NCBI GenBank assembly: GCA_963664405.1 | Contig: OY761158.1 | Coordinates: 3,392,001-3,456,000 of the forward strand | Length of the DNA stretch: 64,000 bases | Source of the DNA: Thermoanaerobaculia bacterium | GTDB taxonomy: Bacteria; Acidobacteriota; Thermoanaerobaculia; Multivoradales; Multivoraceae | Direction of reading: 5' to 3' | Shown here: positions 1-9,015 of the stretch, one piece after another | Layout: every line of letters starts with the position of its first letter | Position numbering within the stretch: position 1 is the stretch's first letter | The notes under the pieces: generated by a model | Told to the model about the DNA's origin: nothing | Databases searched by the model: none | What the model saw: the letters and a program-made list of their open reading frames with translations, nothing else | Translations under genes and position numbers: made by a program

Positions 1-1082
1 CCCTAGTCTGCATCGTTGCCTGGGTGGCCGGCTGCGACCGCGCCGAAAGCTGGGAAGCGCGTCGCAATCAGCTCGTACCGAGCCGTTCACGTCACTCGGT
101 CCGCATGCCAACGGTGCACAATCGCCGGGCCCTGGTAACCGCGTCGATGTCACAGCAGTCGCCCGCACCACCAACTCCGATCCGGCTAGAGGCTGAGAAG
201 GTTCCAGAGCCTGAGCACGACCGTTCGGCGGCGTCCTCTCTCGGCGCAGAGGTGGCGAAACCGAGCTACCCCTCGGCCGAGGCCGCCTACCGCGACAAGA
301 ACTGGGAGCGCGCGACACAGCTCTATCGCAATCGAACGGAGCGATCTCCAAACCTCGGCTGGAATCACTACATGCTTGGACTATCGGCGTGGAGAGCCGG
401 ACTCCTGGCAGAATCGCAGTCGGCCTTCGCACGAGTCCTGGAATTGGACCCGAACCACACCAAGAGCATGCTCAATCTGAGCCGCGTGCTACTCGAGGAT
501 GGGCGACCGCACAACGCCTTGCGCTACGTTGAAGGCGCTCTGGCCAACAACCCCAAGTCCAGCGTGGCGTATCGAGTCCTCGGCGAAGTCCACGAAGCTC
601 TCGGCAGCGACCAGCGGGCGATCAATTCCTATCGCAAGGCGCTGGCGCTTCACGACCAGGACGTCTGGGCAATGAATCGGCTAGGGATGGTGCTGAGCCG
701 CGAGGGTCGCCACCAGGAGGCACTGCCGCCTCTCGCGCGAGCTGTCGAGCTAAGACGGGACGTGGCCTCTCTGCAGATCGATCTCGGTCTCGCGTTGGAG
801 CGGGACGGTCACTACTACTCCGCGGGGTCACGCTACAAGGCGGCGCTGGCGATCGACCGGACGAATGAGGTCGCCGCGCTCGGGGTCGCTCGAGTAAAGC
901 AGCTGAACGAGCCGCCTGGACCCCGATGGGTGGACCTCGGGATGCTTGCAAAGAAATTCGTCGACGGCCTCGAGGAAGAACGGAGCGCGCTAGCGACGGA
1001 GAACGTCTCCGGTCCGGAGGGCGCTGTCGCCGACGGGGATCGAAGTGGAGACACCGACTCGATCTCGCAAGGCGGTTCCTAG
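1..1082 (+). CDS. TPR-repeat protein, probable lipoprotein (5' end truncated by window)
   Basis: Frame is open from base 3 (LVCIVAWVAGC, lipobox-like), followed by several TPR-like helices (e.g. AYRVLGEVHEALG, AMNRLGMVL). Ends at TAG 1080-1082. Confidence 0.8.
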   Translation, partial: LVCIVAWVAGCDRAESWEARRNQLVPSRSRHSVRMPTVHNRRALVTASMSQQSPAPPTPIRLEAEKVPEPEHDRSAASSLGAEVAKPSYPSAEAAYRDKNWERATQLYRNRTERSPNLGWNHYMLGLSAWRAGLLAESQSAFARVLELDPNHTKSMLNLSRVLLEDGRPHNALRYVEGALANNPKSSVAYRVLGEVHEALGSDQRAINSYRKALALHDQDVWAMNRLGMVLSREGRHQEALPPLARAVELRRDVASLQIDLGLALERDGHYYSAGSRYKAALAIDRTNEVAALGVARVKQLNEPPGPRWVDLGMLAKKFVDGLEEERSALATENVSGPEGAVADGDRSGDTDSISQGGS

Positions 1083-1224
1083 GAGCGTGTCCGAGTATTC
1101 ATCCTGAGCCGTTTCCGTGAGCGAATAGGAAGCAACGCCCAAGTGCGCCGTCCTCGGCGCCAAGAGACAACTAGGCGGGGCGCGCCCAGCGGAGGAAATG
1201 ATAGCCATCATTTCTGGAGCCTAG
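1079..1224. repeat. CTAG-delimited intergenic element sharing the family-B terminus
   Basis: CTAGGAGCGTGTCCGAGTATTC matches 21/22 nt of the starts at 11758 and 56491. Further CTAGs at 1171 and 1221. Internal hairpin AAATGAT-agcc-ATCATTT. Confidence 0.55.
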
Positions 1225-1253
1225 GCCCGAGCTCAGGAGCTGAGCCGAGAGAG

Positions 1254-2228
1254 CTATTCGCTTTTTGGAACGAGCTGCTGCTGGGGTCCTCGCCAACGCC
1301 GCAGCGCAAACACCGTACCGTCCTCTTGCCTCTCGAAGCGAAAGATGACAACACCCGGATCGCCGACCCGATAGAACGTCGTCTCGGTGAGCCCGACCAG
1401 TTCAGACTCCCAGATGCCGCCATTGGTCTTACGCTCGACGATAAAGAGGTGCCCTCGATCCTCGTGTACTACAAGCTCGATAGGCTCGATCTCGTAGCGG
1501 CCTGAGTACTCCTCCAAGAGAGCGGCCGGCAGGTGGACGAGGGGAAGGGGCGCGACTCCCGCAGCGAAGAGCTGTTGTTTGATGACTTCGAAGTGGTAGG
1601 CGGTCGCCACCAGAAGCGGAGTTCTACCTGCATCGTCGCCAAGCTCCGGATCCACTCCACTGTCGAGAAGAAGCTGTACCAGCCCCTGATCGCCTAAGGT
1701 GATCGCCTCGAACAGAGCCGTGCGGCCACGGCCATCCCGGCTGTTCACGTTCGCTCCGCCATCGATCAGCAGTTTCGCCGTCGTCTCGTCTTTGACTAGA
1801 TTGAGTGCAGGGGTGCCCCCTTTTCCCCCCCGGCCGTTGGGGTCGGCTCCGGCGCCAAGAAGCAGAGCTGCAGCCTCGTCGTGGCCATTTATGACGGCTC
1901 CAAATAGAGGCGAAACACCTCCGCGGCCCATATCGACGTCTACGCCGGCCTCGAGAAGCATCTCGACGATCTCCAACTGGCCATTGGCTGCGGCAGTACT
2001 CAGCGCCCGTCCCTCGCCGGCATCCGGGTCCATACCGGCGGCCAGATACAAGCGGAGATCGGCCTCATCGCCCGCCGTTGCCCGCTCTATGAAGGCGTCT
2101 TCGGTGAAGGGGAGGTCGAGTCTCCGGAGACGGTCCCGCGCCTCCTCGGGTTCGAGATCTGACAGCTGCGGTGATCCACAGGCTCCGAGCAGCACAACAA
2201 GCGCGGCGGGCGCGATTCGAGCTGCCAT
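1254..2228 (-). CDS. Ankyrin-repeat lipoprotein with C-terminal DUF3471-like domain
   Basis: LLGAC lipobox. Ankyrin motifs (GVSPLFGA, GRTALFEA, GRTPLLVA). C-terminal LEEYSGRYE segment. Confidence 0.8.
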   Translation of the reverse strand: MAARIAPAALVVLLGACGSPQLSDLEPEEARDRLRRLDLPFTEDAFIERATAGDEADLRLYLAAGMDPDAGEGRALSTAAANGQLEIVEMLLEAGVDVDMGRGGVSPLFGAVINGHDEAAALLLGAGADPNGRGGKGGTPALNLVKDETTAKLLIDGGANVNSRDGRGRTALFEAITLGDQGLVQLLLDSGVDPELGDDAGRTPLLVATAYHFEVIKQQLFAAGVAPLPLVHLPAALLEEYSGRYEIEPIELVVHEDRGHLFIVERKTNGGIWESELVGLTETTFYRVGDPGVVIFRFERQEDGTVFALRRWRGPQQQLVPKSE

Positions 2229-2241
2229 GGCGTTCTCAGGC

Positions 2242-3318
2242 TCAATCGCCGGCTTGGCGATCGAATGCCTTTTGAATCGCCGCGGTGTAGGGCGGGCGCA
2301 AGACTCCTACTTCGGTGATGATGGCTCCGACCAGCTCTGCTGGCGTAACGTCGAACGCCAGATTGAGTGCGGCAGTTTCGTCGGGTGCGATTCTGGAACC
2401 GAAGACATCTACCACTTCGCCCTCGCTCCGCTCCTCGATGGGAATGGAGTCCCCGGAGCAAGTCGCCAGGTCTATCGTCGACAGAGGAGCCGCCACATAA
2501 AACGGAACTCCATGGCGGTGGGCCAGCACGGCGACGGTATAAGTACCGATCTTGTTGGCGACGTCGCCGTTTGCGGCAATCCGATCAGCACCGACGACGA
2601 TGCGATCAACTCGACCCCTCGCCATTACAAACCCCGCCGAGCTGTCCGTGATCAAACGGAAGGGAATACCAAGGCGCTTGAGCTCCCAGGTAGTGAGCCG
2701 CGCACCCTGGAGTAGGGGCCGGGTCTCGTCGACCCAAACCGACCCAAGACACCCCGCCTCCCAGCTCGCCTGGATCACCCCTACCGCGGTGCCGAAACCC
2801 CCAGTCGCGAGCGCGCCGGCATTGCAGTGAGTGAGAACGCGGTCACCCTCGGCAAACAGAGCCTTACCGTGATGACCGATGCGGATATTGGTCTCGATGT
2901 CCTCGCGATGAAGCTGCTCAGCCCACTCTCTCAGAGCATGACGAATCTCGGCCGCGGTCTTCTCTTCGGACATCGCGATCGAGAAGACCCGCTTGCCGCG
3001 CTCCAGCGCCCAACCCAAGTTCACCGCAGTCGGGCGAGTCGAAAGTAGAAGCTCACAGGTTGCCTCGAACGCCGCTATGAGGGCATCTCGATCCGTCTCC
3101 CGAGGATCGACGCCAAGAACCAAGCCAAACGCCGTGGCTACGCCGATGGCAGGGGCCCCGCGAATCGAAAGCCGCCGGATCGCCGAAGCGACGTCAGCTG
3201 GACTACGGCATGTCAGCCACTCCTCAACCATTGGAAGCCGCGTCTGATCCAAGAGCACAAGGGCATCGGCTTCCCAGCGTAGGGGCGAGAAAACGTTGGG
3301 CTCGGCTACGCTGCTCAT
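2242..3318 (-). CDS. mtnA: S-methyl-5-thioribose-1-phosphate isomerase
   Basis: IRGAPAIG, RPTAVNL, LTHCNAGALAT, ETRPLLQGARLT and NKIGTY motifs. Confidence 0.95.
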   Translation of the reverse strand: MSSVAEPNVFSPLRWEADALVLLDQTRLPMVEEWLTCRSPADVASAIRRLSIRGAPAIGVATAFGLVLGVDPRETDRDALIAAFEATCELLLSTRPTAVNLGWALERGKRVFSIAMSEEKTAAEIRHALREWAEQLHREDIETNIRIGHHGKALFAEGDRVLTHCNAGALATGGFGTAVGVIQASWEAGCLGSVWVDETRPLLQGARLTTWELKRLGIPFRLITDSSAGFVMARGRVDRIVVGADRIAANGDVANKIGTYTVAVLAHRHGVPFYVAAPLSTIDLATCSGDSIPIEERSEGEVVDVFGSRIAPDETAALNLAFDVTPAELVGAIITEVGVLRPPYTAAIQKAFDRQAGD

Positions 3319-3366
3319 TTCGTTTCCGATACTCTATCGCTCCCTGAAACCTAGGCGGAGAAAGCT

Positions 3367-4515
3367 ATGAGATTCGACACAAAGTGCGTGCACGCTGGAG
3401 TCAGTCCCGACGCGACCACCGGCGCGATCGTGCCTCCCATCTACCAAACTGCTACCTACGTTCTGCCGGAAGTCGGTCGGGATCTCGGATTTGACTACAC
3501 CAGAAGCTCGAACCCCACGCGTTCGATCATGGAGCACCTGCTGGCGGAGCTCGACGGCCTGGAGTACGGTCGCGCCTTCGCGAGCGGGATGAGCGCGGTA
3601 GACGCTGTCCTGCGAACGCTTCGAGCAGGCGACCACGTCGTCTGTAGCGACGATGTTTACGGTGGCGTAAGCAGGCTTTTCAATCGCGTTCTGTCCAACT
3701 TCGAGTTGGAGTTCAGCTACGTCGACACGAGTGAGCCCGCGGCTGTCGAGGAAGCCATCCGTCCAAATACCCGCATGGTCTGGGTCGAGACTCCGACAAA
3801 CCCCCTGCTCAAAGTGAGTGATATCGAAGCGCTCGCCGAGATCGCCCATGCGCGAGGTGTGCTCCTCGGCGTCGACTCCACGTTCGCGACGCCTTACCAT
3901 CTGCAGCCGGCGAAGTTCGGAGCCGACCTGGTGATGCACTCCACCACCAAATACCTCTCTGGGCACAACCTCATCATTGGCGGCATTCTCTGTACCGACA
4001 ACGAGGAGCTCGCCGCGAAGCTTCACTTCATGCAGAAAACCATCGGCGCTGTCCCCTCACCCTTCGACTGTTGGCTGGTGATCGAAGGAGTAAAGACGCT
4101 CGGTCTGCGAATGCGGCGCCACAGCTCCAATGGCATGGCGATAGCGAGTCTCCTCGAGGATCATCCCAAAGTGTCGAGGGTCTCCTACCCCGGACTCCCC
4201 AGCCATCCGCAGCACGAGATCGCGGCCCGGCAGATGGAGAACGGCTTCAGCGGCATGATCTCCTTCGAGCTCGAAGGTGGAACTGAAGCGGGGAAAGAGC
4301 TGATGAACACCGTCAGCCTCTGCGCCTTGGCAGAGAGCCTCGGCTCAGTGGAGACGATGATCACCCATCCGGCAAGCATGACCCACGCCGACGTCCCTGC
4401 GCAAGAGCGCAGAGCGCGCGGATTGAGTGACGGGCTAGTGCGTATCTCGGTGGGAATCGAAGATCTCGAAGACATTCAGGCTGACCTCGCCCAGGCGCTC
4501 GACGCGCTCGATTGA
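3367..4515 (+). CDS. Cystathionine gamma-lyase/synthase family PLP enzyme
   Basis: PPIYQTATY, YTRSSNPT, ETPTNP, HSTTKYLSGH (PLP lysine) and AESLG motifs. Confidence 0.92.
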   Translation: MRFDTKCVHAGVSPDATTGAIVPPIYQTATYVLPEVGRDLGFDYTRSSNPTRSIMEHLLAELDGLEYGRAFASGMSAVDAVLRTLRAGDHVVCSDDVYGGVSRLFNRVLSNFELEFSYVDTSEPAAVEEAIRPNTRMVWVETPTNPLLKVSDIEALAEIAHARGVLLGVDSTFATPYHLQPAKFGADLVMHSTTKYLSGHNLIIGGILCTDNEELAAKLHFMQKTIGAVPSPFDCWLVIEGVKTLGLRMRRHSSNGMAIASLLEDHPKVSRVSYPGLPSHPQHEIAARQMENGFSGMISFELEGGTEAGKELMNTVSLCALAESLGSVETMITHPASMTHADVPAQERRARGLSDGLVRISVGIEDLEDIQADLAQALDALD

Positions 4516-4549
4516 CCCCGTGGAGGCGAGTCGGGCGGCGCTATATCCC

Positions 4550-4715
4550 CTAGGCCAGCGTTTCTAAAGTTCGTGCTGCATAGCTCGAGGTCATTCTGTT
4601 CGCTGGCTAGGCGCGCTGACGCAGGCATATTAGGCAATATGTCGAGGAAGCGAAACGACGCCAGCGGGCAGAAGGGCCCGAGATATGTGCGCGAACCTTA
4701 GAAACGCTGGCCTAG
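4550..4715 (+). mobile_element. Family-A 166-bp hairpin element (MITE-like), CTAG-bounded
   Basis: Terminal inverted repeat CTAGGCCAGCGTTTCTAAAGTTCG / CGAACCTTAGAAACGCTGGCCTAG (23/24 match). Homologous to 40069 (inverted), 28796 and 11623. The right CTAG contains the stop codon of the pilin gene. Confidence 0.85.
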
Positions 4716-5353
4716 TTCGACCGCCACTTTTCGCTGTCGTGGTCGAATCGCATTACCCTCACCCGCCCGGTCCGGTTCGAGACCCGGACGGCGAATAACT
4801 CTCTCCGGCCGTCGGTAAGATAGAGGGTGCCAGGTGTCGCCCCACCTTCGGAGCTGAAAGACGCGATATCCGAGCGATTGAAACGGATGGGATCGTCGAG
4901 GCGGTCAAGGAGTCTCCCACTCGTGGGATGTGGCAGCGGCCCCCCGGGCGGGAACCCGAACCCCACTCCCCTACCGAGAGCGGTCAGCCGCCGTGGCGGC
5001 TGGGCAGGGGGGTCGACTCCCGAGTCGATGTCTCTTGTTCTCACGCCGTCACCGTCACCGTCACGATAGAGAGTGAAGGTCACCACGCCGTCTTCGAGGG
5101 TTCGAAACTTGGCGCCGACGTTGGCGCTGTGTCGAAGTGCGTAGATGCGCGACAGCCTGAGAGTAGTCGCCAGCTCGGCTGCGGCAAGCCTTACCCGGGC
5201 TCGGGAGGTCGTGCGAAAGAGGGAAGGCGCACCAACGACCCAGATCATTCCGACGACCGCGAGAGAGACCAGCAGCTGCACAAGCGAGAAACCGAGCTGG
5301 CGGCGGCCACGGCCGGAAAACGGGACTTCGACCCGCTCTCCGGCCCAGACCAA
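4712..5353 (-). CDS. FimT/GspH-like minor (pseudo)pilin
   Basis: Prepilin site RRQLG|FSLVQLLV followed by a hydrophobic helix. C-terminal GTLYL...GRVRV typical of FimT/GspH. Start uncertain. Confidence 0.75.
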   Translation of the reverse strand: MVWAGERVEVPFSGRGRRQLGFSLVQLLVSLAVVGMIWVVGAPSLFRTTSRARVRLAAAELATTLRLSRIYALRHSANVGAKFRTLEDGVVTFTLYRDGDGDGVRTRDIDSGVDPPAQPPRRLTALGRGVGFGFPPGGPLPHPTSGRLLDRLDDPIRFNRSDIASFSSEGGATPGTLYLTDGRRELFAVRVSNRTGRVRVMRFDHDSEKWRSN

Positions 5354-5381
5354 CCTAGGAACGGCTCGCCTGCTGAGCAGG

Positions 5382-5717
5382 CTAGTCCTCCTCTCGGTCG
5401 GGGGATGGGTTGGCTCTGACCTTTTCCTTCAAGGTCGTCTCGCCCGTGACCACGACAAAGGGCTCGATGTCATCGAACGTTCGATCTCCGATGCCGCGAA
5501 CGAGAATGAGCTCCTCGCTGCTCTTGAAGCCCTCGTTCGCGCCGCGAAAATCGATGATTCTCTTAGCGAGCGCTGGTCCAACTCCCGGCAGCAACGCGAG
5601 CTGCTGTTCGGTCGCGGTGTTGATATTCACCACTCCCTCAGCGGCAGAGACTAGGCTCGCCGCCAGAGCCGCGCAAAGAAAGAACAGCGCGACAGGCTTG
5701 AGGTTCAGCTTCTTCAT
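5382..5717 (-). CDS. comEA: ComEA family helix-hairpin-helix DNA-binding protein
   Basis: Signal peptide, then VNINTA...LPGVGPALAKRII...VRGIG. SD sequence GAGGAG upstream. Confidence 0.9.
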   Translation of the reverse strand: MKKLNLKPVALFFLCAALAASLVSAAEGVVNINTATEQQLALLPGVGPALAKRIIDFRGANEGFKSSEELILVRGIGDRTFDDIEPFVVVTGETTLKEKVRANPSPDREED

Positions 5718-5855
5718 AAATCTTGCTCCTCTTGGCTGGTTGTAGGGATACTCGGGGGTGCGAGAGCACCCCCGTTCCTCCGACTGCTTTGTCTTTCGGC
5801 TTACTTCTTCCGGTCAGGCACCTCCTCTCCTCGGGTTGATCATGGTCTTCCTTAC

Positions 5856-5872
5856 TACAAGCACTGTGCCAA
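5856..5872 (-). promoter_or_regulatory. Putative sigma-54 promoter for comEA-pilin
   Basis: Minus strand reads TTGGCACAGTGCTTGTA versus consensus TGGCAC-N5-TTGC(A/T), with one mismatch at -12. AT-rich IHF-like site at ~5890-5914. Confidence 0.55.
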
Positions 5873-6177
5873 CCCCGCGTCTTGGAGGCTAAACCTTGTT
5901 AATACAACGGTTTGAGAGAGATTTCCTAGGTTTTCTGGGTCCGCATCGGCGCAAATGATCTTGCGCGAACGCCGGGTCTTCTCGCCCGGGCAAGCAGACT
6001 CGTCAGCGGTGACGCGGGCCTAGCTCAGCGAAAATCTTCTTGGCGACAGCAAGAGTCTTTGCGCCATGGCCGATCGGCTCCGAGTCCCGCTTGAGCTTGC
6101 GGCGGCGAAACAGAGTCGGCTACACTGCCGAGTCGCTAGCATGGGCGGTCTAGCCGCTAGCGCTGCCTACGCCCCTC

Positions 6178-6882
6178 ATGTCGCAAGCCAAACGATCTGT
6201 GTTCCGCGAGTACTTCGAGGCCCTAGTGGTGGCGGGGCTTTTCCTCGGTTTCACTAATACGTTTGTGCTCAAGACGTTCTACATCCCCAGCGGGTCGATG
6301 GAAGACACCCTCCTCATCGGCGATCACCTATTCGTTAATCGCTACCTCTACGGCCCTACTACGACCAAGCTCGAGCAGGCGCTCTTCCCCTCGAGAAAGA
6401 TCCGTCGCGGAGACATCGTCATCTTCCGCTCTCCAGAGACTCCAGAGGTCGACCTGGTCAAGAGGTGCGTAGCGCTGCCTGGTGATGAGGTCGAAGTAAT
6501 CGACAAAGAGCTGTGGATCAACGGTGAGAAGGTAGAAGACTCGAGCTATGCCTCGAGAAGAGACCCTCGAGTCCTCCCCCGACGCTCTCGCTTCAGCAAG
6601 CAGACCATTCCACGCGACAACTACGGACCGCTTACGATCCCTGAGAGCAATTACTTCTGCATGGGCGACAACCGCGACCACTCGCACGACTCGCGTTTTT
6701 GGGGCACCCTTCCAGAGCACTACGTGAAGGGTCGAGCCTTCATGATCTATTGGTCCTACGGCGGCGGCACATCCGACGGCAACTGGTACGGCTGGGGAGA
6801 GCGGCTAAAACAGCTGGGAAAGACGACTCTGGGCTTCGCTACCAAGACTCGCTGGCGGCGCACGCTCAAGATCATCCGTTAG
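6178..6882 (+). CDS. lepB: Signal peptidase I
   Basis: IPSGSM (catalytic Ser), VKRC (Lys), GDNRDHSHDSRFWG. Confidence 0.95.
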   Translation: MSQAKRSVFREYFEALVVAGLFLGFTNTFVLKTFYIPSGSMEDTLLIGDHLFVNRYLYGPTTTKLEQALFPSRKIRRGDIVIFRSPETPEVDLVKRCVALPGDEVEVIDKELWINGEKVEDSSYASRRDPRVLPRRSRFSKQTIPRDNYGPLTIPESNYFCMGDNRDHSHDSRFWGTLPEHYVKGRAFMIYWSYGGGTSDGNWYGWGERLKQLGKTTLGFATKTRWRRTLKIIR

Positions 6883-6892
6883 GTGGATAAAG

Positions 6893-7558
6893 ATGCCGAG
6901 CGCTAGAGGGGTGGCTCGGATCTACTTGGAAGTATTGATCGTCACGCTGATGGCGGCGACTTTCGGCCGTACCTTCTTGGCCCAGGGCCTCCGTATCTCC
7001 AGCGGCTCGATGGAAGAAGCCCTTCTTGTCGGCGACCACGTGTTGGTCAATCGCTTCCTCTTTGCGCCGAGCGGCTCCCGCTACGCCGAGTCCTTCCTAC
7101 CCATCCGCTCTGCTCGCAGGGGCGAGATCGTCGTCCTGCGATTTCCGCAGGACCCTACGACGCTGTTCGTAAAGCGGTGCATCGGGCTGCCCGGCGAGCA
7201 GGTCGACATCGTCCGCGGTCGAGTGCTTATCGACGGCCTGGCTCTCGACGAATCAGCCTACCTCGACACCGCACCCACGATAACGGCAAAGGAGACGCCG
7301 TCTGGCGACTATTCAGTCCGAGTGCCGGATGATCACTTCTTCGTCCTCGGCGATCGCCGCGGCCATTCCTTCGATTCGAGGCACTGGGGCAGCGTGCCGG
7401 CCGCCTCTCTGGTGGGGAGGCCGATCTTCGTCTACTGGTCGTGGAACGAGCGCGCCCGCGACGTTGGGGAAACGCAGCCGCAGGGGCGTTTCGAGCGAGC
7501 TATTTCAGGCTTTTTAGGCGCTACGAGGTGGCGTCGAACCTTCTCGATCGTGAGATAG
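6893..7558 (+). CDS. lepB: Signal peptidase I, second paralog
   Basis: ISSGSM, VKRC, GDRRGHSFDSRHWG. Confidence 0.9.
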   Translation: MPSARGVARIYLEVLIVTLMAATFGRTFLAQGLRISSGSMEEALLVGDHVLVNRFLFAPSGSRYAESFLPIRSARRGEIVVLRFPQDPTTLFVKRCIGLPGEQVDIVRGRVLIDGLALDESAYLDTAPTITAKETPSGDYSVRVPDDHFFVLGDRRGHSFDSRHWGSVPAASLVGRPIFVYWSWNERARDVGETQPQGRFERAISGFLGATRWRRTFSIVR

Positions 7559-7644
7559 GGAACAGAGTTATGTAAGATAGTCTCTGCATGGAACGTCTAG
7601 CGAGGTCGCTGGCGCTCCTAGGCGAGCAGAGAGGAGCTTGAGCT

Positions 7645-8028
7645 ATGAAGACTTCAGACAATCCGAACTGGACCCGACAGAGAGGCGGAGCCAAGATCGG
7701 CACCCTCATCTGGCTGTTCATGTTCGTCGCCATCATCATTGTCGGTAAGGAAGCTATCCCGGTAAAGATGAGGAGCTCGCAGTTCGAGGACTACATGATC
7801 GAACAAGCGAAGTTCGCCGGGGGTCGGGGAGCCGAGTCGCTTCAAAGAGCCTTGTTGAACAAGGCGAACGAACTCGAAATACCGGTTGACAAGAAGACCT
7901 GTCGAGTCCGCAAGAGCAACGGACGGGTCAAAATGGACGCCGAGTACACGATCAGGCTCACATTCCCGTTCTACGAGTACGACTGGCACTTCGTGCACTA
8001 CGTCGATCGCCCGGTCTTTATCATCTAG
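7645..8028 (+). CDS. DUF4845-like single-pass membrane protein
   Basis: RQRGG followed by a TM helix. Lies downstream of lepB, as is typical for DUF4845. SD GAGGAG. Confidence 0.6.
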   Translation: MKTSDNPNWTRQRGGAKIGTLIWLFMFVAIIIVGKEAIPVKMRSSQFEDYMIEQAKFAGGRGAESLQRALLNKANELEIPVDKKTCRVRKSNGRVKMDAEYTIRLTFPFYEYDWHFVHYVDRPVFII

Positions 8029-8085
8029 CCCTAGCCGAGGTCGCGCCTCTGAGCTTCGGGGCCTTCCCGCCGCTGCGGGCCCGGG

Positions 8086-9015
8086 TCAGGTGTCGCTCGG
8101 CAGCTCGACGGCGCCGACCAGCTCGCTCACTTTGGCGATGCCGGATTCGCGAAGGTAGGACCTGAGGCCATCGAGAATTCGCTCCGGCGTGGCCGGGTCG
8201 CGGAAGAGTGCCGTGCCGATTTGTACCGCGCTCGCGCCCGCCAGCAGGAATTCGATGACATCGGAAGCCGTCTCGATACCTCCGATACCGATCACCGGAA
8301 GGCCGACCTTTCGAGCCACATCGAAAACGATCCGCAATGCGATGGGCTTGATCGCCGGTCCCGAGAGCCCGCCGCGGACGGTGTGCAACAACGGCCGCCG
8401 CGTGCCGGCATCGATCGCCATCCCCACGACCGTATTGATGCACGAGAGAATGTCGGCTCCCCCCTCCCTGGCGGCCTCCCCGAGCTCGTGCGGAGCCGCA
8501 ACATTGGGCGACAGCTTGACGATCAAGGGCTTCGTCGTTTCTTGCCGCACTGCGGCAACGAGCTTGGCGAGGATCTCGGGGTCGTGCCCGAACTCGATCC
8601 CCCCGCGGTCGACATTCGGACACGACACGTTGAGCTCGACGCCAGCGACCTCGGGTATGGGCTCGGCGCGGCGCGCGAGCTGGCGATACTCATCTATCGA
8701 AGTCCCGAAGAGGTTCAGGACCACGCGAGCGGGGTACTGACGCAACCCAGGCAAGACATCGACAAGAAAAGCCTCGATGCCGATATTCTGCAGACCGATC
8801 GAGTTGAGCATCCCGCCTCGGGTTTCGCAGATCCGCGGCCCGGGGTTTCCTTTCCGTGGCTCGAGCGACAGACCCTTGGTGACAATGCCGCCAAGCTTTG
8901 CTAGCGAGCCGAGGTGGGAGAACTCGAGCCCGTAGCCGAAGGTCCCGCTCGCCGTAAGCACCGGATTGGGCAGCTCGAGGGGCCCGACCCGAGTGGAAAG
9001 ATCCGGTTCGGTCAC
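8086..9015 (-). CDS. pyrD: Dihydroorotate dehydrogenase, class 1B catalytic subunit
   Basis: ASGTFG, NSIGLQN, NVSCPN, KLSPN, GGLSGPAIKP. GTG start overlaps the pyrK stop. Confidence 0.95.
   Translation of the reverse strand: MTEPDLSTRVGPLELPNPVLTASGTFGYGLEFSHLGSLAKLGGIVTKGLSLEPRKGNPGPRICETRGGMLNSIGLQNIGIEAFLVDVLPGLRQYPARVVLNLFGTSIDEYRQLARRAEPIPEVAGVELNVSCPNVDRGGIEFGHDPEILAKLVAAVRQETTKPLIVKLSPNVAAPHELGEAAREGGADILSCINTVVGMAIDAGTRRPLLHTVRGGLSGPAIKPIALRIVFDVARKVGLPVIGIGGIETASDVIEFLLAGASAVQIGTALFRDPATPERILDGLRSYLRESGIAKVSELVGAVELPSDT

Noticed and set aside
3319-3366. SAM riboswitch between mtnA and the trans-sulfuration gene
   Set aside because: Only 48 bp, with no motif.
4550-4715. Integron attC site
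   Set aside because: It lacks RYYYAAC/GTTRRRY ends, the flanking genes are housekeeping, and there is no integrase.
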